Shown piece by piece: positions 1 through 7,597 of a DNA stretch of 64,000 nt. Source of the stretch: an uncultured Bacilli bacterium (GTDB taxonomy: Bacteria; Bacillota_I; Bacilli_A; RF39; UBA660); contig CAKOHR010000005.1 of the NCBI GenBank assembly GCA_934085825.1, forward strand, positions 3,194-67,193, read 5' to 3'. Below the pieces are notes generated by a model. It worked only from the letters and a program-made list of their open reading frames with translations. It did not search any database and was not told where the DNA came from. Within the stretch, counting starts at the first letter, position 1. Every line of letters begins with the position of its first letter. The translations under genes were made by a program, and so were the position numbers.

Positions 1-401
1 ATAAATATTAATAATCATGATATAAATTCATCATTGCTAATAGGCCATATAAATAGTAATGATATTATAAAACCAAGAAAAAGGTAAAGTTTACATATAA
101 TTTACAAATAAAGATTATATTTACTTTAAATATTATTACTCTTGCTTATCTTAGTTATATATTTACTTCTTAATAAAGTGGGCAGTAAGAGATGGTATTA
201 AAGAAGCGTATTGTGAAATAACTGGTAAATTAACTTATGAAGATAAGAAAAATCAAGAAACAACAAAAGAAATAGAAAAAGATATTAATAAAGTTGCTAA
301 AAAAAAGTACTAGCAAGAAAAAATAATATCTTTTTCTTTTGACATAGAATTTAACTTAAAATCACTATTGTGGTAAAATATAGCCCATAAGTGGGGAAAT
401 T

Positions 402-1799
402 ATGGATACTGAAACATTAAAAACACTTTATAGTGATATAAAAGGATATACCATGTTACTAACGAATCTTTTAGATGGAAATGCACAAGATTTTGAATAT
501 ATAATGGATAGTAAATACTTAAGCATAGCAAGTTTTAGTTTAGTAAGTTGTGTTTTATTAGCCATTAAGGAAGATTTTGTTGAAGGAACAAAAGAAAACT
601 ATGAAGCAAAGATTTTTTATGGTGAATTAATTCGTTCCGTAAATATGATAGCTATTAAAAAAAGTGATGGATTTTATATAGATAATCATAAGTTTAAAGA
701 TGCTGCATCTGTAGTGGGTGAATTAAGAAATAAAATAACACATGGTAGCTTTAAATTAGATGCAAAAGAAAATAAAGTTATTTTTAATATTGATGGTGAT
801 GAAGTTGCAGTTAACGTAAGTGATTTATCTAAAATGATAATTTCATGTTTAAAAGCAAGCTTAAAAAATCCTGAAAAACATATTTACAAAAGAGAATTGT
901 TAATTTCAAATAAAGAAGAAAGAAAAAGAACAAAACCATTTAAAAATAAAGATGAACTATTAAGATTTGCTAAAACATTTAAGATAAAAACTATTACCCT
1001 TAAAAGTCGTGATAATTCGATGATAAATGAGCTTTTAAAAGAAAAATTTGAATTAATGTTAGCAGCTTATAAAGACTTACAATCTAATCAAATAATAATG
1101 GACTTTGAAAGACAAATTAAGGAAAAACATTTAGTTGATGTTAAAGAAGAAAGAATACCATATCACATACTTCAGCAAGTTGTAGATGAAACATTTATGA
1201 ATTTAACAGATGACATGGAATATAAAGATGAAGTAAATTTACTTTCTAAAATAATAGAAATTAAAAGAAAACCAGATTTTAATTTACTATACTCACTATT
1301 AAAAAATCTGATATTAATTTCTGATTTGCAAAAGATTGAAATAAAAGATAAGAAAAACATGGTAGAAGCATTAAAAAGAAGACAAAGTGTAGATATAATT
1401 AGTTATAATGAACTTGTAGGGGTTGAAATTGCTTTGTTTCAAAGTTTATTTTCATATGGAAATGATACACTTTTTAAAAATGATAATGAATATAGTAAAA
1501 ATGAAAATACGGGTTTAGATTATGGCAATCTAGATTTAAGTAGCATAAATGTTTTATATTTTGAACCAGATGAAACTATCAAAAATGAAGTTTTAATTCA
1601 AATTGCTAAAGATAACCAAAATTTAGAAAACGTTAAGCAAAAAGGAAATTCAATTGCCATAAAAAGAATATCTGCTATTTTAACAAAAACTGAAACTCAA
1701 AAACAAATTTTAGAGGCACAAGCTGCTTTGTTAAATATAAGATTAAATGAAATTATTACTTATGAACAAGAAAATAGTGAACGCTTAAAAACAAAGTAA
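402..1799 (+). CDS. HEPN-motif (RNxxxH) protein, main reading frame; apparently interrupted at the 3' end (see 1781-2035)
   Basis: 465-aa ORF. GELRNKITHGS (R109/H114, nt 719-751) matches the Rx4H HEPN RNase motif. The ORF ends in three tandem TAA codons (1797-1805) just after an A-run. Confidence 0.5.
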   Translation: MDTETLKTLYSDIKGYTMLLTNLLDGNAQDFEYIMDSKYLSIASFSLVSCVLLAIKEDFVEGTKENYEAKIFYGELIRSVNMIAIKKSDGFYIDNHKFKDAASVVGELRNKITHGSFKLDAKENKVIFNIDGDEVAVNVSDLSKMIISCLKASLKNPEKHIYKRELLISNKEERKRTKPFKNKDELLRFAKTFKIKTITLKSRDNSMINELLKEKFELMLAAYKDLQSNQIIMDFERQIKEKHLVDVKEERIPYHILQQVVDETFMNLTDDMEYKDEVNLLSKIIEIKRKPDFNLLYSLLKNLILISDLQKIEIKDKKNMVEALKRRQSVDIISYNELVGVEIALFQSLFSYGNDTLFKNDNEYSKNENTGLDYGNLDLSSINVLYFEPDETIKNEVLIQIAKDNQNLENVKQKGNSIAIKRISAILTKTETQKQILEAQAALLNIRLNEIITYEQENSERLKTK

Positions 1800-2035
1800 T
1801 AATAAATGGTATTAGAAATAGTATAGCTCATGGAAATTATAAATTAGAAACATCAAAAAATAATGACATAAAAATAGTATTCGAAGATATCTACAAAGGA
1901 AAATTAACATTTAAATGTGAAATAGACATGATAGATTTCATAAATATGATATATGAAAATCAAAATATAATAATAGCATTCCTAAATAAAAATGAACAAA
2001 AATTAGTAAGAACAAAAAAATCACAAAGTATTTAA
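1781..2035 (+). pseudogene. Continuation of the 402 ORF in the -1 frame, carrying a second RNxxxH motif
   Basis: My translation of the frame open from 1781: TLKNKVIINGIRNSIAHGNYKLETSKNNDIKIVFEDIYKGKLTFKCEIDMIDF...KSQSI*, stop at 2033-2035. It has no own start codon or RBS, so it reads as the displaced C-terminus. Confidence 0.45.
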
Positions 2036-2083
2036 ATATAAACAAAATCGTAGTATAATAAACAGAGAAAAAGAGGTGAAAAA

Positions 2084-2233
2084 ATGGAAGAAAAAGAAAA
2101 ATGCAGTTGCGGTTGTGAATGTGAAGAATGTAATTGCGATGAAACTTGTGAATGTGGATGCAATTGTGAAGAATGTAATTGTGAAGATGATTGCAATTGC
2201 CAAGAATGTGATTGTGAAAACTGCAATTGTTAG
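2084..2233 (+). CDS. 49-aa cysteine-rich acidic peptide (metallothionein-like CxC repeats); not in the ORF track
   Basis: ATG at 2084 preceded by AGAGGTGA. Translation: MEEKEKCSCGCECEECNCDETCECGCNCEECNCEDDCNCQECDCENCNC* (18 Cys in 49 aa). A hairpin plus T-run follows. Confidence 0.6.
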   Translation: MEEKEKCSCGCECEECNCDETCECGCNCEECNCEDDCNCQECDCENCNC

Positions 2234-2247
2234 TTATAGATAAATTG

Positions 2248-2277
2248 AAGAAATCTTAAAACGGTTTCTTTTTTTTG
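2248..2277 (+). terminator. Rho-independent terminator after the Cys-rich peptide gene
   Basis: Stem AAGAAATC / GGTTTCTT (one G-U pair), 7-nt loop, followed by TTTTTT. Confidence 0.6.
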
Positions 2278-2286
2278 AATTATTTA

Positions 2287-2325
2287 TGTCAATAGTTTTT
2301 GAGACATTTTCAAAAACTATTGACA
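2287..2325. promoter_or_regulatory. Perfect 16-bp inverted repeat (candidate operator or hairpin) upstream of the Fic gene
   Basis: TGTCAATAGTTTTTGA (2287-2302) and TCAAAAACTATTGACA (2310-2325) separated by 7 nt. No T-run follows. Confidence 0.5.
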
Positions 2326-2388
2326 ACACTAACACATAAGACATTATCATAAACTAATCATATTATTCCGCAAATGGCATAAATTACA

Positions 2389-2417
2389 TTGACATATTAT
2401 TCCAGAAACGGTATAAT
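2389..2417 (+). promoter_or_regulatory. Consensus sigma-A-type promoter for the Fic gene
   Basis: TTGACA (2389-2394), 17-nt spacer, TATAAT (2412-2417). It lies inside the 5' extension of track ORF 2389..3351, which argues for the ATG at 2437 as the true start. Confidence 0.65.
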
Positions 2418-2436
2418 ATATATAGAGGCGATAACT

Positions 2437-3351
2437 ATGCAAATTAGAGAAGCTAGTGAAAAGTGGAATATTAGTGAAAGAAGAATAAGACAACTTATTC
2501 AAGATGGAAGAATTGAAAGGGCTAAAAAAATAGGCACAACATGGAATATTCCAAATGATGTTAATAAGCCAATTGATAAAAGGGTAAAAGATGAAATAGA
2601 ATTCAAAATAAATCTACCTGAAGATTATTTTAAAGAAGTTGATGAAAAACTTGCAAAATTAAATAGTAAAAGGCCATTATCTAAAGAAGCAACTGAGTCA
2701 TTACAAAATGCAATTAATCTAGAATGGACATATAACAGCAATGGTATTGAAGGTAATACATTAACATTAAAAGAAACTAAAGTAGTATTAGAGGGTATTA
2801 CTATAGGTGGTAAATCTGTAATAGAACACTTAGAAGCTATAAACCATGAAAATGCTATTGAATATCTAGAAGAATTAATTGGTACAAAAAGTGAAATATC
2901 TGAATGGAATATTAAAGGATTACATCAATTAGTTTTAAAAGGAATTGATGATGAAAATGCAGGAAAATATAGAAATCATGATGTAATAATTAGTGGAGCA
3001 CAACATAGACCGCCACAATATATAAAGGTTCCAGAATTAATGGAAAAATTAATAATGAATTATGATGAATGGGATAAATATCATCCAATAATAAGAGCAG
3101 TATTATTACATGGAGAATTAGTTAAGATCCATCCATTTATTGATGGAAATGGTAGAACATCTAGATTAATAATGAATATGGAATTAATGAGAAGTGGATA
3201 TGTACCAGTTATTATTAAAAAAGATGATAGATTAAAATATTATGAAGCACTTGATAAAGCACATACAACAGGGGATTATACAGATTTTGTTAAATTGGTA
3301 ACAGAAGCAGAAAATGAAATGTTAGATAGATATTTAGAAATTATTAAATAG
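2437..3351 (+). CDS. Fic-family protein (AMPylase-type) with an N-terminal HTH
   Basis: HPFIDGNGRTSR matches the Fic motif HxFx(D/E)GNGRxxR. SNGIEGN matches the (S/T)xxxE(G/N) inhibitory-helix motif. The N-terminus MQIREASEKWNISERRIRQLIQDGRI looks like a DNA-binding HTH. Start moved to the ATG downstream of the promoter. Confidence 0.8.
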   Translation: MQIREASEKWNISERRIRQLIQDGRIERAKKIGTTWNIPNDVNKPIDKRVKDEIEFKINLPEDYFKEVDEKLAKLNSKRPLSKEATESLQNAINLEWTYNSNGIEGNTLTLKETKVVLEGITIGGKSVIEHLEAINHENAIEYLEELIGTKSEISEWNIKGLHQLVLKGIDDENAGKYRNHDVIISGAQHRPPQYIKVPELMEKLIMNYDEWDKYHPIIRAVLLHGELVKIHPFIDGNGRTSRLIMNMELMRSGYVPVIIKKDDRLKYYEALDKAHTTGDYTDFVKLVTEAENEMLDRYLEIIK

Positions 3352-3416
3352 AACAAAATATTAATTAGTAACATTATATGATATAATATTTGTAAATTTC
3401 AGGGTGGTGAAGTATA

Positions 3417-4475
3417 TTGAGAAAAAATACTCCAGAATATAGAATTTGGAAAAAATATCATGATGAAAAGAATTTAAAAAAGAGAACTGCTAGAAAAAAG
3501 TCTAATAAAAGAAAGGTTACAAAAAAAGCTGGTAATAGTAAAAAAAGACAACCTGATAAAGTCTTTGTTGTTCCTGAAATCTTTAGTATAGTTAGTAATC
3601 CTGATACAACTATAAGTTTTTTAAATAAAGTAATAAGGTCGGTAGAAGGTGTAAGAAATCTTCAAAAACAGCATAGAAATAATTATATAAGAACATTTTT
3701 AATTGATATGTGTGACACTAAATATATAAGTAGCGATGCATTGATGTATTTATTAACAATAATTCAAAATACAAGAGGACAAAAAATATTGCCTATAGAC
3801 TGGATTGGAAATTTTCCTAAGGAAACTAATGTAAGAGAATTTTTGAAACGTTCTGGATATTTAAACTATATGAAAACATCTGCAGAAAATATAGTTCAAG
3901 TTGATGATAATATTCAAATAAAATCTGGAATAGGATATAATTATATTGAAAATAATCAAAATAAGGATATTAGGCAAGAAATAATTGATTTTAGTTGTCA
4001 GAAACTTAATAAAGATAAAAGGAATATTAATTATTTGATGACTATGCTTACAGAAATGATTACTAATATAATTGATCATGCATATCAAAAGCAAGGACTT
4101 TTTAAACATCAATGGTACATTTTTGTTGATAATAATATAGATAAGATAACATATACATTTATGGACAATGGGTTGGGAATACCAACAACCATACGAAAAA
4201 GCATAGTTGAAAAAATAATTGAAACAATTAATGCTGAAACTGAATATAAATATATTGAGACCGCCTTATCTGGTGTACACAAAAGAAGCGAAACCGGAAA
4301 GAGAGAAAGAGGAAATGGTTTGCCTTCTATATATGAACAATATTTAAACAAAAAAATTAAAAATTTTGTTATAATATCAAACAAGGCATATTATTCTGAA
4401 AATAAAAAGTATGATTTGCCAGAAGGCTTAAATGGAACAGTGTTCTATTGGGAAATAAAAAAGGAGGAAAAATGA
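3417..4475 (+). CDS. GHKL/HATPase_c (SpoIIAB-like kinase/ATPase) protein with a basic N-tail and a STAS-like middle region
   Basis: TTG start 6 nt after GGTGGTGA. ATPase motifs EMITNIIDHAY (N box), FMDNGLGIP (G1-like) and RGNGLPSIY (G2-like). The middle region FLIDMCDTKYISSDALMYLL...EFLKRSGYLNYM resembles a STAS fold. Confidence 0.6.
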   Translation: MRKNTPEYRIWKKYHDEKNLKKRTARKKSNKRKVTKKAGNSKKRQPDKVFVVPEIFSIVSNPDTTISFLNKVIRSVEGVRNLQKQHRNNYIRTFLIDMCDTKYISSDALMYLLTIIQNTRGQKILPIDWIGNFPKETNVREFLKRSGYLNYMKTSAENIVQVDDNIQIKSGIGYNYIENNQNKDIRQEIIDFSCQKLNKDKRNINYLMTMLTEMITNIIDHAYQKQGLFKHQWYIFVDNNIDKITYTFMDNGLGIPTTIRKSIVEKIIETINAETEYKYIETALSGVHKRSETGKRERGNGLPSIYEQYLNKKIKNFVIISNKAYYSENKKYDLPEGLNGTVFYWEIKKEEK

Positions 4476-4476
4476 T

Positions 4477-4830
4477 ATGGTTATGATTAATGTAGCAAAA
4501 GAATTCACTGAGACGCCTGGCGCTAGATATAAGACACAAGGAGCCTTTTCAGGCGAAGAATTTAGGGATGATATTTTATATCCTAAATTTATAGAATCAA
4601 TTAGTAATAATGAAAAGCTTGTGGTGAATTTAGATGGTGGATATGGATATGGTTCTTCATTTTTAGAAGAAGCATTTGGTGGATTAGTTAGAAAATTAAA
4701 AGAAGAAAAAAATATTCATTATAAGGATGTAAAAGAAATCGAGATTATTTCTGATGATAATATTGTATGGATAGATAAGATTAAAACATATATTGATGAT
4801 GAAATAAAAGCAGTAAAGGGAGGTAAATAA
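4477..4830 (+). CDS. STAS-like small protein (DUF4325-like, from memory)
   Basis: Starts 1 nt after the upstream stop, with GGAGG upstream. FTETPGARY...LVVNLDGGYGYGSSFLEEAFGGLVR resembles the DUF4325/STAS-like family that commonly pairs with a GHKL ATPase. Confidence 0.5.
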   Translation: MVMINVAKEFTETPGARYKTQGAFSGEEFRDDILYPKFIESISNNEKLVVNLDGGYGYGSSFLEEAFGGLVRKLKEEKNIHYKDVKEIEIISDDNIVWIDKIKTYIDDEIKAVKGGK

Positions 4831-4831
4831 T

Positions 4832-5377
4832 ATGAATAGTAAAAAAAGTTATATAATTACTTTTATAATTATTTTACTTATCTCTGGTTTTCTAATATGG
4901 CTTGGCTGTAAAAATAGTGATAAAACATTATTTCAATATAATTTAATTGAAATTTTGACTTGTGGTGTTGTCACTTATGGAATTTTCTATTTTACAATTG
5001 CAAATGAAAAAAAGAATAATCAAAATACAAGAATAGAAAACATAATTGAATTAATAGATAAAAAGCTACGAGTTGTATTTGAACCAAATATAGATGTTAC
5101 AAAACAGGATGAATACTTGCATTCTTTTAGATATTTAGATAATAAAATCTTAATTTTAGAGAAAATGACTAAAGGTCTTGGCTGTGATAAAGAAATAGCT
5201 GATATAAAAAATGAAAAAGATAAATTAGATGTGTATATAAATGAAAATTTAAATGAGGGTAATTCATACTTTGCTGATAAAAGTAGAAGCGAAAAAATAC
5301 CAAATATTATTGAGAACATTGAAACGAGACTTGATAGCATTCTTTTAAAAATATATGGATTTGAAAAAGATAAATAA
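4832..5377 (+). CDS. Membrane protein with two N-terminal TM helices and a helical cytoplasmic domain; third gene of the cassette
   Basis: GGAGGT RBS. Starts 1 nt after the upstream stop. Hydrophobic segments YIITFIIILLISGFLIWLG and LTCGVVTYGIFYFTI. Confidence 0.6.
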   Translation: MNSKKSYIITFIIILLISGFLIWLGCKNSDKTLFQYNLIEILTCGVVTYGIFYFTIANEKKNNQNTRIENIIELIDKKLRVVFEPNIDVTKQDEYLHSFRYLDNKILILEKMTKGLGCDKEIADIKNEKDKLDVYINENLNEGNSYFADKSRSEKIPNIIENIETRLDSILLKIYGFEKDK

Positions 5378-5383
5378 AAAAGC

Positions 5384-6130
5384 TTAGTCGTCTTCTAAGC
5401 TATCTATAACAGAAACAACAGAGTCGAGGGCAGTACTAAACATATGTGAATATGTATTTAGTGTTTCCTCGATTTTTATATGTCCTAAATATTTGGCCAC
5501 TAATGTAACATTAGCACCATTGTTAATAAGTAATGATGCACATGAATGCCTAAAATCATGGATCCTAATAACTTTTAAAGCAGCAAGATTTGCTAGTTTA
5601 GTTCTTCTAAGATATATATTAGAATCAGCTATAGGTTTAGCATCAGAAACCACAAAGAAATCATCATTAAATCCGTAATAGTCTTTTTTATCCTGCTCAT
5701 AGAGCATTTTAAGGTCATTTAACAAGACTTTAATAAGAGAACTATTCTTCTACTATCTCTTGTTTTAGTATCCGAGAATTCAAACTTTATATGGTTATTT
5801 CTTTGTGTTATTTGTTTATTAACAGATAATACTTTTTTATCAAAATAAATATCTTTCCAAGTAAGACCTTTTAGTTCTCCTTTACGAAGGCCACAATATA
5901 TAATATTTCAAATACATATTTCCATCTCAAATCATCTTCATAAGAAATAAATTTTTTAACTTCATCATAAGTATAATAAGATATTTCTTTTCTACGTTCA
6001 TTAGGATCTTAGAACTTTGTCATTTTATTATATACTGCTTGAAAGTTTAAATTATGCCATTTAACACCAAAGTTTAATATAGATTTAAGAAATTTATAAA
6101 TGTCATTTTTATATCATAAGAGATATATTA
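5384..6130 (-). pseudogene. Tyrosine recombinase/integrase, decayed
   Basis: The C-terminal 113-aa ORF has HDFRHSCASLLINNGANVTLVAKYLGH...TYSHM (catalytic R, H, Y region). The upstream minus-strand sequence still reads ...CGLRKGELKGLTWKDIYFDKK... but is broken by stops and frameshifts. Confidence 0.7.
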
Positions 6131-6189
6131 AGTTTATTTATTTCTCGTTTCCATTGCTCAAACTGCATGATATTAAAACAGTTATAGAT

Positions 6190-6369
6190 AAGAAAAAAAG
6201 CGAATGGATTAATAATCCTAAAATGAAACCATATCTTACACCTGAAACATTATTTGGCCCTAAATTTGAAAGATACTTACATCAACAAGCAAAAGCTAAA
6301 ACTATTCAAGATATATCTTTAGAAGATATTAGAAGAGCTAAAGAAATGAGAGATAAACAGAATGGATAA
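6190..6369 (+). pseudogene. Phage replication protein C-terminal fragment (conserved phage C-terminus type)
   Basis: SEWINNPKMKPYLTPETLFGPKFERYL matches the conserved phage replication C-terminus pattern (..RPeTLFg.KFe.Y). The N-terminal part of track ORF 6100..6369 overlaps the integrase remnant and looks non-coding. Confidence 0.45.
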
Positions 6370-6758
6370 GTTGGATTTTGTAGAAGGAATTAAAATATTA
6401 CCATTTTGTTATCAAAAAGTAATTAGTAATGATGATATTTCAATATGGTATGAAATGTTACAAGATATAGAGCCAGAAGTGTTTAAAAAAGCAATTATAG
6501 AACTATGTAAAGAAAGAGCTTATATGCCAACTATTACATGATATCTTAGATAAAACTAAAACAGTTAAGAATAATTATTATTTATCCATTTTAGAACAAA
6601 TGAAAAAAGATGGATACTTCAAATTAGGAATAGTACCATTATCACCAGAACAAAAGGATAGAAACTATGGTAAATCCATTAGATGGATAGAAAGAGGAAT
6701 CATACCGGGATTTTTATTAGAAGATATGCAAAAGTATATTAATCGTGGTAAAAACTAA
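6363..6758 (+). pseudogene. Phage G39P-like helicase loader/inhibitor gene, frameshifted
   Basis: MDKLDFVEGIKILPFCYQKVISNDDISIWYEMLQDIEPEVFKKAIIELCKERAYMPTIT* continues in another frame from about 6540 as HDILDKTKTVKNNYY...GIIPGFLLEDMQKYINRGKN*. Confidence 0.45.
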
Positions 6759-6903
6759 ATAGTAAAAACCATTATCAAATAGAACACAATAGGTAGTCCT
6801 CCCCCCTAGGGTATAGGAATAAAAAAATAAAAAATATCACGACCGACAGCCACCTATATTCACACAAATTAAATTTTTCTGTGAGTTTTTAGGAAAACAA
6901 AAA

Positions 6904-6938
6904 GAGTATTAGAACAAAAACTAATACTCAATTTTTTT
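6904..6938. terminator. Bidirectional hairpin terminator
   Basis: GAGTATTAG / CTAATACTC 9-bp stem, 8-nt loop, A-run upstream and T-run downstream. It includes the stop codon of the minus-strand gene. Confidence 0.6.
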
Positions 6939-7247
6939 AAAATCTAATGGATTTTCACTAATAATTTCTAAAGAATACTTCATTCTTAATAGCTTAATTA
7001 CTTCAGCTTTAACCGTATCATAATCTTCGTCATCACTGATATTAAAAGTATCTTTAGCAGAATTATAGTGTTGATAAAATGTTGCTTCCCACATAGCATT
7101 CCTACTAAAAGAACTAGCAATATAAAATGCAATTACTTCAGACATAACATAAGTAATAATATAATCATGATAATTATCATAAAAAGGATTTATCACTTTC
7201 TCTAATTCTTCATCAGAAATATCCTCATCAGTACATTTTCTAATCAT
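6921..7247 (-). CDS. Hypothetical acidic protein
   Basis: ORF with GGAGG 6 nt upstream of the internal ATG (MIRKCTDEDISDEE...). No recognisable motif. Confidence 0.45.
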   Translation of the reverse strand: MIRKCTDEDISDEELEKVINPFYDNYHDYIITYVMSEVIAFYIASSFSRNAMWEATFYQHYNSAKDTFNISDDEDYDTVKAEVIKLLRMKYSLEIISENPLDFKKIEY

Positions 7248-7375
7248 ACAATTCCTCCAATTCTTTATATTAATCACTTAAAAATTGATTTTTTGCAACA
7301 ATTTATGTCAATTTATTTTAAAATTAGACAAATTATGTTATACTTATTATTGTAAGGAAAGTAAGGAGGTATGAT

Positions 7376-7597
7376 ATGAAAGAAAATAATGAATTGTTAT
7401 CTTCGGCAAAGTTAACATCAAAAGGACAAATTACTGTTCCAAAGATTGTTCGAGAAACATTAAATATTGAAGAAGGAGATTCTGTAATCTTTTATTTGGA
7501 TGAAAAAAAGAATATAAAGATTTCAAATAGAAAAGATTGCAAAGTCAGTTCTGATAATGATAAAGAACAAATTGTAGTAAAGAAAGGTAGTAAGTAA
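7376..7597 (+). CDS. AbrB/MazE/SpoVT-family DNA-binding protein
   Basis: LTSKGQITVPKIVRETLNIEEGDSV is the swapped-hairpin SpoVT-AbrB signature. AAGGAGG RBS. The stop overlaps the hsdM start (TAATG). Confidence 0.75.
   Translation: MKENNELLSSAKLTSKGQITVPKIVRETLNIEEGDSVIFYLDEKKNIKISNRKDCKVSSDNDKEQIVVKKGSK

Noticed and set aside
176-313. A short open frame (KWAVRDGIKEAYCEITGKLTYEDKK...KKKY*) and a possible C-terminal gene end at 1-87.
   Set aside because: No start codon, RBS or recognisable motif is present. These are probably remnants and there is too little evidence to call them.
1781-1805. A canonical programmed -1 frameshift signal for the HEPN gene.
   Set aside because: The sequence is not an X-XXY-YYZ heptamer; only single-tRNA slippage on A-AAA-A is possible. 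The triple stop looks more like a genuine terminus or a mutation. It is kept only as one of three alternatives.
1-2100. A Cas13-like effector with a CRISPR array near the two-HEPN protein.
   Set aside because: No direct-repeat/spacer array is visible anywhere in the window. The protein (about 540 aa if repaired) is also much smaller than known Cas13 proteins.
2021-2226. Two minus-strand ORFs of 60-64 aa (2021..2203 and 2032..2226).
   Set aside because: They lie antisense to the RBS-preceded Cys-rich peptide gene. They are low-complexity read-through of its TGT/GAA-rich repeats, with no RBS.
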